From an uncultured Candidatus Saccharibacteria bacterium (GTDB taxonomy: Bacteria > Patescibacteriota > Minisyncoccia > Phycocordibacterales > UBA1006), in NCBI GenBank assembly GCA_964415895.1, contig CAYQCC010000005.1:875-64874 (forward strand): a DNA stretch of 64,000 bases. Reading direction: 5' to 3'. The notes under the pieces are model-generated. The model did not search any database, was not told the DNA's origin, and was given only the letters and a program-made list of their open reading frames with translations. Both the position numbers and the translations under genes were made by a program. Below, in pieces: positions 1 to 8,177 of the stretch. Each line of letters opens with the position of its first letter. Within the stretch, counting starts at the first letter, position 1.

Positions 1-400
1 CACACCTTTCCAGATGTTTCACCTATATAAAAAATTTGTAACTTTTTGGCTCTACGCCGTCAATGTCCTACAACCCCCAATTCACCTCGCTATGTTCAAT
101 ACTTGTGGTATTCACCACAGCGAGGTTATTTGGGTTTGGGCTAGATTCCGTTTCGCTCGCCGCTACTCAGGAAATAACAATTGTTTTCTTTTCCTCTAGG
201 TACTGAGATGTTTCACTTCCCTAGGTTAGCCCCCACCAGAGGTGGGTATCCGTCATTTAAATTCGGATGGGTTTCCCCATTCAGAGATCTCCGGGTCACA
301 GGTTAATTGCCACCTCACCGAAGCTTATCGCAGGCAGTTCACGTCTTTCATCGCCATCAAGAACCAAGGCATTCACTATACGCCCTTAAACTTCCTATTA
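1..400 (-). rRNA. rrl: 23S rRNA, 5' portion (continues beyond the left edge; 5' end approximate)
   Basis: Reverse complement of conserved 23S 5' motifs: gtttcgctcgccgctactcagg, ggtactgagatgtttcacttcc, gggtttccccattcagagatc, gcttatcgcag, ccaaggcattcac. Confidence 0.96.
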
Positions 401-758
401 GGAAATCTATATATCACTTCATTATGCTGAAGAATTAAAAAAAGCATAATGGTTTGCTGAATTATTTTAAACAGATAATTCATCGTATGACACGCTGGTC
501 ATACACTTTTGTAAGAATGTTAATACAGTAACGTTTCATATTCGAGTTATGTGTGATCTCGATAAAAATACTTACCTATATGTTACATATCCTTACTGTG
601 TCTGGGATAACAGGATTCATACTTGTCCTGATTTACATCAGGGGTACGTTTCACAAAAATTAGACACGTAAGGCATTCATTTGACAAAGTACGTCACTGA
701 TCAGGGAAATAGGCATCCCGATGAAGGGGTGCAAATTTATTAAACAGTGACAAATGCC

Positions 759-786
759 AGTATAGCCAAACGAGAAATAAAGTCAA
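759..786 (-). promoter_or_regulatory. sigma70 promoter for the 23S rRNA
   Basis: TTGACT-16 bp-TATACT on the minus strand, about 360 bp upstream of the 23S start. Confidence 0.75.
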
Positions 787-870
787 GCATTTTCTTTCCC
801 TTATTTTGGATAATGTACCCTTTTAATATAAGGTCCTTATTTCCAAAGGATTTTGTAAAGGACACCACAT

Positions 871-895
871 AAAAAGCCGCATAAAGCGGCTTTTT
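871..895 (-). terminator. intrinsic terminator
   Basis: aaaaagccgc-ataaa-gcggcttttt hairpin downstream of CDS 928..1614. Confidence 0.8.
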
Positions 896-927
896 ATAAG
901 TGGTAAATAAAGGACAGTATCTATCGA

Positions 928-1614
928 TTATTCACGACTAATCATCTTTCCCATGTCAGACAATACACGTGAAGCATGGTCTTTTCCACCAAGTCCAAAT
1001 GCAAGTCCTCCAGCCAATGCAAACATAGCAAGAACAGCTACGAAGATTGTTTGGATAAGTGTTGCTGCAATTCCTAATTGTGACAATGCGATCAATAGTG
1101 CAAAGATCCAAATTGCCCATGTTGCGATTGATCCAACAAAGTTAGCAGAATGAACTCCTGCAGCTTTCGCTGAACCTGTAACAACACGTCCTGCGGCTCG
1201 TGCTACGATTGATGCAAGTAAAATAACTAATGCTGCAACTAATACACTTGGCAAGAAACCGAATACGATTTGTTGCAAGAATGCGTTTAATTGTGACAAT
1301 CCTAGAATATCAAATACAGCAACTAGGAATACGATAATCAAGAACCACTTAACAAGACTTCCGACAACTCGTCCTAGACTGAAATGAAATCCAGCGCGTC
1401 GGAAAGGTTCTTGGATGCCTGTTTTTTCAAGAACTGAATCAACCCGTGTTAGGTCGATTAAATGCTTGATTGACTTTCCGATCAAATGAGCCAAAACCCA
1501 TCCGATTACAAAGATAACCAATGCAAAAATAATTGCAGGCAGATAACTGATAATACCAAACCAAATTGATTGGAGTGATTGTGCGAGTACAAGACCGCTT
1601 GTTTGAAGTAACAT
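928..1614 (-). CDS. TM-helix repeat membrane protein (CmpX / small mechanosensitive channel-like)
   Basis: Repeated YLPAIIFALVIFVIGW / FLPSVLVAALVILLA helices and C-terminal GLAFGLGGKD. Confidence 0.75.
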   Translation of the reverse strand: MLLQTSGLVLAQSLQSIWFGIISYLPAIIFALVIFVIGWVLAHLIGKSIKHLIDLTRVDSVLEKTGIQEPFRRAGFHFSLGRVVGSLVKWFLIIVFLVAVFDILGLSQLNAFLQQIVFGFLPSVLVAALVILLASIVARAAGRVVTGSAKAAGVHSANFVGSIATWAIWIFALLIALSQLGIAATLIQTIFVAVLAMFALAGGLAFGLGGKDHASRVLSDMGKMISRE

Positions 1615-1709
1615 AGATTAAATGTGTGAGACAGTTATGAGTAATCTGCCATGTCCGATACCTGGACAGTGACATGTATAGTATACCAAAGATACAAAAA
1701 ATAATGCAA

Positions 1710-1771
1710 GCCCGCACACCCAGAAAAATACGGACCCCGATCGGGGTCCGTATTTTTCTGGGTGTGCGGGC
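1710..1771. repeat. perfect 62 bp palindrome, REP-like family 1
   Basis: gcccgcacacccagaaaaatacggaccccga|tcggggtccgtatttttctgggtgtgcgggc, no loop. Confidence 0.95.
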
Positions 1772-1808
1772 AAGCGCATTATATCTCTTCGTAATATTAA
1801 AAGATATT

Positions 1809-2447
1809 TTATGACAGTTCTGAAATTGACAGTTGATTAATCAATTTCTGATGTGGGTAATCAAATACGTCACGAATCAATTTATCGTACATTTTAATAC
1901 GATACATAAACTCGTCTGTTGTGAATGTTGCGTAGCGCAATTCCTTTCCAACCTCTGATTCAATTAATGCGATTTGCTTTTGCATAGTTGATGCGTCGAG
2001 CTTGTCGCCAACAATTAATAGATCCAGTGATCGTTCCATGTCACGCATGAAAATTCCAGAAATCATCATTAGTTTAATTTTACCTGCAGACTTAAAACGA
2101 TTTGGAAGATCAGTCAGAGCGATCAATTCTGATTCCAATAATAATGCGCGAAGCGGTTCAAGTAATGCAAAGCTTGGTTGCAACACGTATACGACTGCTT
2201 TTTTCTTTCGCCCTGTCGGCTTCCCTGTTTTCGTAAGCACAGCACGAATCGCATCTTTCTTAAAAATGAATTCTGATTTTTCAAGAAGTGACAATTCATT
2301 GCGAAGCGTTGCTAGATTTGCCTTTGTTTTTTTTATTAGTTCTTCGCGCGTAAATCCATGACCTGGATGAAATAAAAACAATCGCATCAGTTTTACACGC
2401 GCAGCTGATCCCATGATTTTTCCTAAAATTTCGATAGTGTTGCTCAT
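1809..2447 (-). CDS. winged-HTH protein with C-terminal nucleotidyltransferase-like fold (hypothetical)
   Basis: N-terminal GSAARVKLMRLF...LRNELSLLEK HTH; C-terminal SGIF...LDLLIVGD. Start moved to MSNTIE, 8 nt after TATACT. Confidence 0.6.
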   Translation of the reverse strand: MSNTIEILGKIMGSAARVKLMRLFLFHPGHGFTREELIKKTKANLATLRNELSLLEKSEFIFKKDAIRAVLTKTGKPTGRKKKAVVYVLQPSFALLEPLRALLLESELIALTDLPNRFKSAGKIKLMMISGIFMRDMERSLDLLIVGDKLDASTMQKQIALIESEVGKELRYATFTTDEFMYRIKMYDKLIRDVFDYPHQKLINQLSISELS

Positions 2448-2578
2448 ATGGGACCAGTATACCACAGCCATTTTAAACGCAAGTAAAAAATACCTTGAAT
2501 TTTATAGGCAATGTGGTGAGATATTAAATAATTATGAAATGCAACAAAAAAACACCGATTGGTGCTTTTTTGAGTGAA

Positions 2579-2977
2579 TTATTTCAATTCTACTTTTCCA
2601 CCTGCCTCTTCGATAGCTTTTTTCAAAGCTTCCGCGTCTTCTTTCTTCATTCCTTCTTTCAAAGTTGCTGGAATTCCATCAACCATGTCTTTTGCTTCTT
2701 TAAGTCCAAGACCCAAAGCTTCTTTAACAACTTTCATAACAGCGATTTTAGCACCACCGTCTGAAGTAAGAACTACTGTGAATTCATCCTTCTCTTCTGC
2801 TGCTGCTCCACCTGCCGCTGGTCCTGCTACAGCAACTGCTGCAGCTGAAACGCCGAATTTTGTTTCGAATAATTTAACAAGTTCGTTCAAATCTAGAACT
2901 GACATGTTTTCAATTGCTTCAACAATTGATTTGAATTTTGCAGGGATTTCCACTGCTGTTGTTTCATTAGTTTCCAT
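2579..2977 (-). CDS. rplL: 50S ribosomal protein L7/L12
   Basis: [35 protein letters not shown]. Confidence 0.98.
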   Translation of the reverse strand: METNETTAVEIPAKFKSIVEAIENMSVLDLNELVKLFETKFGVSAAAVAVAGPAAGGAAAEEKDEFTVVLTSDGGAKIAVMKVVKEALGLGLKEAKDMVDGIPATLKEGMKKEDAEALKKAIEEAGGKVELK

Positions 2978-3004
2978 AATAGATAATCAAAATAAATAAT
3001 AAAT

Positions 3005-3496
3005 TTAAGCTTTTTGCTCTGCAATCTTTGAAAGCGCGATAACCATTCCTTGAATTGGAGAGTTAATAACGTTAACAAACATTCCACGCAATACTTGTGG
3101 TGATGGAATTTCCGCGATTGCCTGCATTTCTGCCGCAGTCATGTATTTTCCTTCAAACACTCCACCGACAACAGTAATGTTATCTGCGAATTTTTTCTTG
3201 AATCCAAAGATTTCACGAGCTGGAGCAATCAAGTCAGAGCCGTAAGCTACTGCAAGAGATCCACCTGCAATTGTAGGCATATCACCTGCAATTGCTGATT
3301 CAGCGAGCGCCTTGGTCAAAAGAGTCTTTTTTGCAACTGCATATCCACCATTACTTTCACGTAGTTGTGATCGCAATTGGTTTGTATCGTTTACGCCAAT
3401 TCCCTGTATATGCAAAAATACCATTGAAGCTGAATCTTTTACGATATCCGTAAATTTCTTCAGAACAGTAACTTTTTGCGCTTTGGTAAGTGCCAT
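3005..3496 (-). CDS. rplJ: 50S ribosomal protein L10
   Basis: LRSQLR...VAKKTLL, GGVFEG; start at MALTKAQK; directly upstream of rplL. Confidence 0.95.
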   Translation of the reverse strand: MALTKAQKVTVLKKFTDIVKDSASMVFLHIQGIGVNDTNQLRSQLRESNGGYAVAKKTLLTKALAESAIAGDMPTIAGGSLAVAYGSDLIAPAREIFGFKKKFADNITVVGGVFEGKYMTAAEMQAIAEIPSPQVLRGMFVNVINSPIQGMVIALSKIAEQKA

Positions 3497-3574
3497 ATAA
3501 AATGTATATGATACAGATGTATCAAAGTCTATCCAATAATAATCGAGCCCATTACAGACAAGATAATGCATGAG

Positions 3575-3645
3575 TCATTTCGACCTGTGGCGGGATATTT
3601 CAGTACAATGTTACCATTGCACACCCAACCGTCTCTGGTGCATAC
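3575..3645 (-). promoter_or_regulatory. L10 leader (autoregulatory RNA), boundaries approximate
   Basis: Minus strand ccagagacggttggg...cccgccacagg resembles the L10 leader AGAC-stem motif and lies in the rplJ 5' region. Confidence 0.6.
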
Positions 3646-3679
3646 CGGATCACAATAGCATAATAATTCAAAATTGCAA

Positions 3680-3710
3680 GACCGCACACCCAGAGTCTGG
3701 GTGTGCGGTC
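3680..3710. repeat. 31 bp palindrome, REP-like family 1 (short copy)
   Basis: gaccgcacacccaga-g-tctgggtgtgcggtc; shares outer arms and gcaag/caag flanks with 1710..1771. Confidence 0.9.
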
Positions 3711-3721
3711 AAGAGCGCTCT

Positions 3722-4153
3722 TTAGTCAGACTTCCAAGGAGACATGCTCATCAACATATCCTTTATTCCATTTAATACGATCATGATAAATTCAAACGTT
3801 CCCACTACCAAATCTTTCAATATATTATAAAGAACCGTCAGAAATTCATTAATAATTGGAATAACCCATCCTTTTCCAAAAAAGAGGTCATAGGATGCAA
3901 TAAATATAAAGAATAACACCCAAAAGGTTGCTTCAGATCGGTACAGTGAAAAACTGAACAGAAAAATCAACGTAATAATGACTACGACGAGTAATTTCAA
4001 TCCATTAAACGGTCCAAATTCCAAGAGTTTTACGATTCGATCTTTTTTATTATCGTCGGATTTATCTTTGAAATACTTGCGTAGCCACCCAATTCCCTTG
4101 AATATCTCGGATTTTATAAATTCCAAGTCACCTTTTAATGTTGGACGTGCCAT
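3722..4153 (-). CDS. hypothetical membrane protein
   Basis: 143 aa ORF with hydrophobic segments. Confidence 0.7.
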   Translation of the reverse strand: MARPTLKGDLEFIKSEIFKGIGWLRKYFKDKSDDNKKDRIVKLLEFGPFNGLKLLVVVIITLIFLFSFSLYRSEATFWVLFFIFIASYDLFFGKGWVIPIINEFLTVLYNILKDLVVGTFEFIMIVLNGIKDMLMSMSPWKSD

Positions 4154-4219
4154 ATATCCATACCTTAGTCAGAACGTCGTTTTTTGCAAGGTTAGCCATT
4201 TTTGGTATACTATTAGGGT

Positions 4220-4465
4220 ATGATTATGAAACAAGAAGGATCAATTTTTTTTGGGGAGAAAGGGTCAGGAAATAAGGTCATTGAGAATGTGGAGCCAACT
4301 CACGCATACGAGGAAACTCATCTTGGTCAGGATTCGCGCGACTTACCTGAGACTGACATCCTAAGAGCTCGGGATTCTCTGGTAAACAAAAATTGGGAAG
4401 AAGAGCAACTGAGAAAAAGAGAAGCAGATATGAAAAAAGCATTCGAATTTGACGAAGCAGCTTAA
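4220..4465 (+). CDS. hypothetical acidic protein
   Basis: 81 aa ORF with TGGTATACT 8 nt upstream and a terminator directly after. Confidence 0.7.
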   Translation: MIMKQEGSIFFGEKGSGNKVIENVEPTHAYEETHLGQDSRDLPETDILRARDSLVNKNWEEEQLRKREADMKKAFEFDEAA

Positions 4466-4498
4466 ACTAAAAAACACCTGACGGTGTTTTTTAGTTTA
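4463..4498. terminator. bidirectional terminator
   Basis: taaactaaaaaacacc-tgac-ggtgttttttagttta. Confidence 0.8.
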
Positions 4499-4514
4499 TA
4501 ATTATTTTTTATGT

Positions 4515-4543
4515 TGTCATACCGGACTAGATCCGGTATCCAG
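4515..4543 (+). repeat. TGTCAT-tagged palindrome (family 2a), left flank of GIY-YIG gene
   Basis: TGTCATACCGGACTAGATCCGGTATCCAG. Confidence 0.9.
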
Positions 4544-4550
4544 TGCATTA

Positions 4551-4841
4551 TTATATTCCAGATAAGTCTTTCCAGTCTGGGTTATCTTTTTCAATCAATT
4601 CGAGCTTCCATAACCGAGGCCATTTTTTAAGCAATTTCTCTCGAGAAATTGCAGATTCAATATCATGACAATGCTCATAGTATACCAGTTTAGATACGTC
4701 ATATTTCGAAGTAAAACTTTTTTCAAAATGCTTAGCTTTATGTTCTTGGATTCTTTTCTCTAAATTGCTGGTAATACCAATATAAATCGTTCCATTTTTA
4801 TTACTAGCGAGTATGTACACATAATAGATTTTATTTTCCAT
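4551..4841 (-). CDS. small GIY-YIG nuclease (YhbQ/UPF0213-like)
   Basis: YYVYIL...GTIYIGITSNLEKRIQEH...FTSKY...AISREKLLKKWPRLWKLELIEKDNPDWKDL; start MENKIYY. Confidence 0.93.
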   Translation of the reverse strand: MENKIYYVYILASNKNGTIYIGITSNLEKRIQEHKAKHFEKSFTSKYDVSKLVYYEHCHDIESAISREKLLKKWPRLWKLELIEKDNPDWKDLSGI

Positions 4842-4846
4842 ATATC

Positions 4847-4875
4847 CTGGATGCCGGATCGAGTCCGGCATGACA
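4847..4875 (-). repeat. TGTCAT-tagged palindrome (family 2a), right flank of GIY-YIG gene
   Basis: Reverse complement TGTCATGCCGGACTCGATCCGGCATCCAG; compensatory stem change relative to the left copy. Confidence 0.9.
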
Positions 4876-4882
4876 GCAGTGT

Positions 4883-5875
4883 TTATTTTCGTCGGATAAC
4901 ATCGGCAACGGCAACCTTGATAGCATCGCGATCAACTTTATAAAACTTTAACAATTCCTCTGGTGTTCCAGATTGTCCAAACGAATCGCGTACTCCGACA
5001 AATTCCATCGGTACTGGAAATTCTTCCACAATAACTTCGGCAACTGCACTTCCCATTCCACCCATTATTTGATGTTCCTCTACTGTTACTATTGCGCCTG
5101 TTTTCTTTGCAGCGGTAATTATCGCAGATCGGTCAATTGGCTTTATGGTGTGCAAGTTTATAACATCCGCATGAACTCCTTCACTCTCTAAAGATTTTGC
5201 AGCTTGCAATGCTTCATAGACAAGAGATCCGCACGCAATAATTGTTACATCTGCAGATTCTGTTTCGTAAACCATTTGAGCCTTTCCTAATTCAAACGGA
5301 GTTTCTGATGTTGTAAATGTCGGAACACCAGATCGCCCTAATCGCATATAGGCTGGTTTTCCAGATTCTGCAATGGCACGTGTTGCAGCGTTTGCTTGGT
5401 GCATATCAGCTGGAACAATCACAGTCATGTTTGGAAGTGCTCGCATGATTGCAACATCTTCCAATGCCTGATGTGTTGCACCATCGGGACCAACTGTTAA
5501 TCCTGCATGACATCCAATTACTTTTACAGGCATATCATTTATACACACCGTTGTTCGAATTTGTTCCCAATTTCGTCCTGGTGAGAATGTTGCATAACTT
5601 GTGATGAACGGAATCTTTCCAACGTTGGCCATTCCAGAAGCAACTGTTACCAAGTTTTGTTCAGCAACACCAATTTCGATAAATCGTTCTGGGAATTCTT
5701 TTTGAAACCATTCCATGCGCGTAGATTCAGAAAGATCCGCAGTAAGCCCGACAATGTTGGCATTCACTTTTGCAGCATCCACAAGTCCATGACCAAAACC
5801 ATCCCGAGTAGCCTTGCTCTCGAGCTTTGATTGATCAAATAGATCTGGGTTTAGTTTTAAGTTTGAGTTAATCAT
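4883..5875 (-). CDS. transketolase, C-terminal subunit
   Basis: GVAEQN, GPDGATHQ, TIKPID, VTVEEH. Confidence 0.95.
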   Translation of the reverse strand: MINSNLKLNPDLFDQSKLESKATRDGFGHGLVDAAKVNANIVGLTADLSESTRMEWFQKEFPERFIEIGVAEQNLVTVASGMANVGKIPFITSYATFSPGRNWEQIRTTVCINDMPVKVIGCHAGLTVGPDGATHQALEDVAIMRALPNMTVIVPADMHQANAATRAIAESGKPAYMRLGRSGVPTFTTSETPFELGKAQMVYETESADVTIIACGSLVYEALQAAKSLESEGVHADVINLHTIKPIDRSAIITAAKKTGAIVTVEEHQIMGGMGSAVAEVIVEEFPVPMEFVGVRDSFGQSGTPEELLKFYKVDRDAIKVAVADVIRRK

Positions 5876-6423
5876 AATTCGTTTGATAACTTTTTGTTAT
5901 TAAGCTCGTTTAGTTTCATAACGTCTTTCGAAGAAAGAATATTGCCATAATCTTCTGGTGCACGCGTAATCTCAATCTTGTTATCTAATTCCTCTTCTTC
6001 ATTCCAGTCCCCCGCTGTGTACACAGCTTTCGGTTGCAGCACGAATTTCCCTTTACTATTTCGCAGAATAATTAACTTATATCCTTTAGGTTTTGCTCCG
6101 AGTTCCTCAGCTTTATTAAGATGAGCGTTTTCGTGCGCCATAGTATGAAGTGTTTTTTCAGGTATCCTATCAAGTTGTTCTAATGCAAATTGAAATTCTG
6201 GAAGAGACTTTAAAAATACTGTCGCATTTTTAATGATTTGCTTTATTTCTTTTTTACGAGTCAAAAGATCTTCTGTTGGTGATTGATCAATTTCTTTTAA
6301 TTCTTCTACAAGATTCTCGTAATCAGATACTTTCAATATATTTTCCTTTCTTTGATTAATGTCTTTGATTATTTTACGCTTTCTTTGCTCGAATGGATTT
6401 TTATTTATTTCCTTAAATTCCAT
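5872..6423 (-). CDS. hypothetical protein with HExxH motif (possible zinc metallopeptidase)
   Basis: TMAHENAH in a 183 aa ORF; TGGTAAAAT 7 nt upstream. Confidence 0.6.
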   Translation of the reverse strand: MEFKEINKNPFEQRKRKIIKDINQRKENILKVSDYENLVEELKEIDQSPTEDLLTRKKEIKQIIKNATVFLKSLPEFQFALEQLDRIPEKTLHTMAHENAHLNKAEELGAKPKGYKLIILRNSKGKFVLQPKAVYTAGDWNEEEELDNKIEITRAPEDYGNILSSKDVMKLNELNNKKLSNEL

Positions 6424-6468
6424 ATCATTTATTTTACCATAAACAAAAAAACTTCACTACGAAGCTTT

Positions 6469-6723
6469 TTATAATACAAGTCTCAGTATCGCAACAATTC
6501 CAATCAAAATCCAAATAATGTTCAGCACCATTGGTTGCCAGTCGCGACGCGCTGATGCAACCAGCACCAATCCGAGCGATCCAACAATATTCATCAACTG
6601 AAACCAAATATTGTGAACGGTCAGAATTTCAAAACTCACTAAAAAATATGCCATAACAATCAGCACCATGCCAATCCAGCCGATGGCTTGAAATCGAGGT
6701 TTTGGAAATAAGTAATCAAGCAT
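6469..6723 (-). CDS. small 3-TM membrane protein (CBU_0592 / SemiSWEET-like)
   Basis: IGWIG...AYFLVS...FQLMNIVGS...LNIIW pattern. Confidence 0.7.
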   Translation of the reverse strand: MLDYLFPKPRFQAIGWIGMVLIVMAYFLVSFEILTVHNIWFQLMNIVGSLGLVLVASARRDWQPMVLNIIWILIGIVAILRLVL

Positions 6724-6724
6724 A

Positions 6725-7477
6725 TTATTTTACAGAATAAGTTTCCAGATCGACATTATTACAATCAATAAACTTCTTTGTGTCTAAATTATATTGACCT
6801 TCATATTTTCTAATCTGAGGTAACTTGAAAAAGTTTTCTTGAAACAAATAAATAAATGTTTTCAATGGATTTCCTGGATAGCAAAATAGTATCCACTTCT
6901 CCCGACCTTGAATAAATTCATTTGGTAATTTTATCTGCCCTTTTAATATTAAATAGAGTAGCAATATCTCTTCCAAAAAGAAATTGATTTGGTTTTCGTT
7001 AACTTTTTGTCCAAATGCTTTTGCGTCATCTTTAAGATATTTTTGAAACAACTTATCCTTTTTATAAATATCTTTCAATTGGTTTGAATAATCTATATAA
7101 GTCTTTGAAAGTATGTAGAGCTGACTCCAGGTCATGTATGAAAAAGCATGTTGGATTTGAAATGTCTTTCTATTTTTATGCACTAAATCCTGTAACCAAT
7201 TTGAATGCTGCCAAACCAGGTGTGTGAACTTCTTTTTCAGTGTCAGAGCTTTTTCCGCACTATGTAAATATAGAAAATCACCATAAATGAAGTTTGCTCC
7301 GACTTTTGGAGCAGTCGCTTTATGCTCTGCAAAACGCTTTAGTTCTCCAATTATCGTATCAGGCGCATGTCCGTTTAATAATTTACCCATAGAGAATGGA
7401 AATAATAAAATTCCCTCCTCGCTTGGAAATCTATTAATGTCAAAAAACTCATTTTTTTCTGGCAGCTTAGTTTTCAT
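6725..7477 (-). CDS. divergent tRNA-dependent cyclodipeptide synthase (CDPS)-like protein
   Basis: Ordered motifs LFPFSM, YGDFLY, TWSQL, YKKDKLF, FFLEE, CYPG follow the CDPS motif order; about 250 aa. Confidence 0.55.
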   Translation of the reverse strand: MKTKLPEKNEFFDINRFPSEEGILLFPFSMGKLLNGHAPDTIIGELKRFAEHKATAPKVGANFIYGDFLYLHSAEKALTLKKKFTHLVWQHSNWLQDLVHKNRKTFQIQHAFSYMTWSQLYILSKTYIDYSNQLKDIYKKDKLFQKYLKDDAKAFGQKVNENQINFFLEEILLLYLILKGQIKLPNEFIQGREKWILFCYPGNPLKTFIYLFQENFFKLPQIRKYEGQYNLDTKKFIDCNNVDLETYSVK

Positions 7478-7483
7478 AAATTT

Positions 7484-8173
7484 CTACAAATTAGTTATAT
7501 CAAAATCTTCATATTCTGCTGGCAACCTTCCCTTTTCCTTTAGATACAAAATTCCTGTTTTTAAAATATCGTTCTTATAATAGTCATCAAATCCGCTTTC
7601 CTTGCTTTCTGCAGTATTCATATTATCAACTGCTTCTTTTAATTTTGCAGCAATTTCGTCGTCAGTCATGATTTCGTACTGCTCTAGTTCTGGATTCTTA
7701 CCCAAGCGCTTGTCAGCGTCGAAATAAAGACCTTTCAGCTCTATGTAATCTTTTCCATTCAGCGAAAACCAACCGGTAGTCCTTAATTTCTCGTTGACGT
7801 TTTTAATCGCCTCTTTTTTCTCTTGTTCTATGTCTGATTTTTTCCTTATAGAGCTTATGTCAAAATCCTCATATTCAGGAGGAAGCTTTTCTTGTTTTTT
7901 AAGAAAAGGAATTCCCTTTTCAAGAATGGTTTTAAATCTGTTCTCAAAACTATCGTCTTTTTTTGAAAGACTAAATCCTTTTACTGCATCGTCCAGTATT
8001 TTCTTGATTTCTTCAACGGTTAATAATTTATAGAGAGGTTCGTCCATTGTATCTTCATATTCTGCTCCAGGACCACCCTGTAAAAGAACATGGTCTTTAC
8101 CGGTAACATCAAATCCACCACTATTCTGGCGCTTTTCTCTTGCTAATTGAATTGATGTCTTTATGCTTTCCAT
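7484..8173 (-). CDS. hypothetical protein with duplicated ~60 aa domain
   Basis: Two copies of Y..T..EI...L..AV...IL..GI..LK...LP.EYEDFDI; start MESIK avoids overlap with transketolase. Confidence 0.75.
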   Translation of the reverse strand: MESIKTSIQLAREKRQNSGGFDVTGKDHVLLQGGPGAEYEDTMDEPLYKLLTVEEIKKILDDAVKGFSLSKKDDSFENRFKTILEKGIPFLKKQEKLPPEYEDFDISSIRKKSDIEQEKKEAIKNVNEKLRTTGWFSLNGKDYIELKGLYFDADKRLGKNPELEQYEIMTDDEIAAKLKEAVDNMNTAESKESGFDDYYKNDILKTGILYLKEKGRLPAEYEDFDITNL

Positions 8174-8177
8174 ATAA

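Noticed and set aside
14-430. ORFs 14..199 and 242..430
   Set aside because: They lie antisense within the 23S rRNA.
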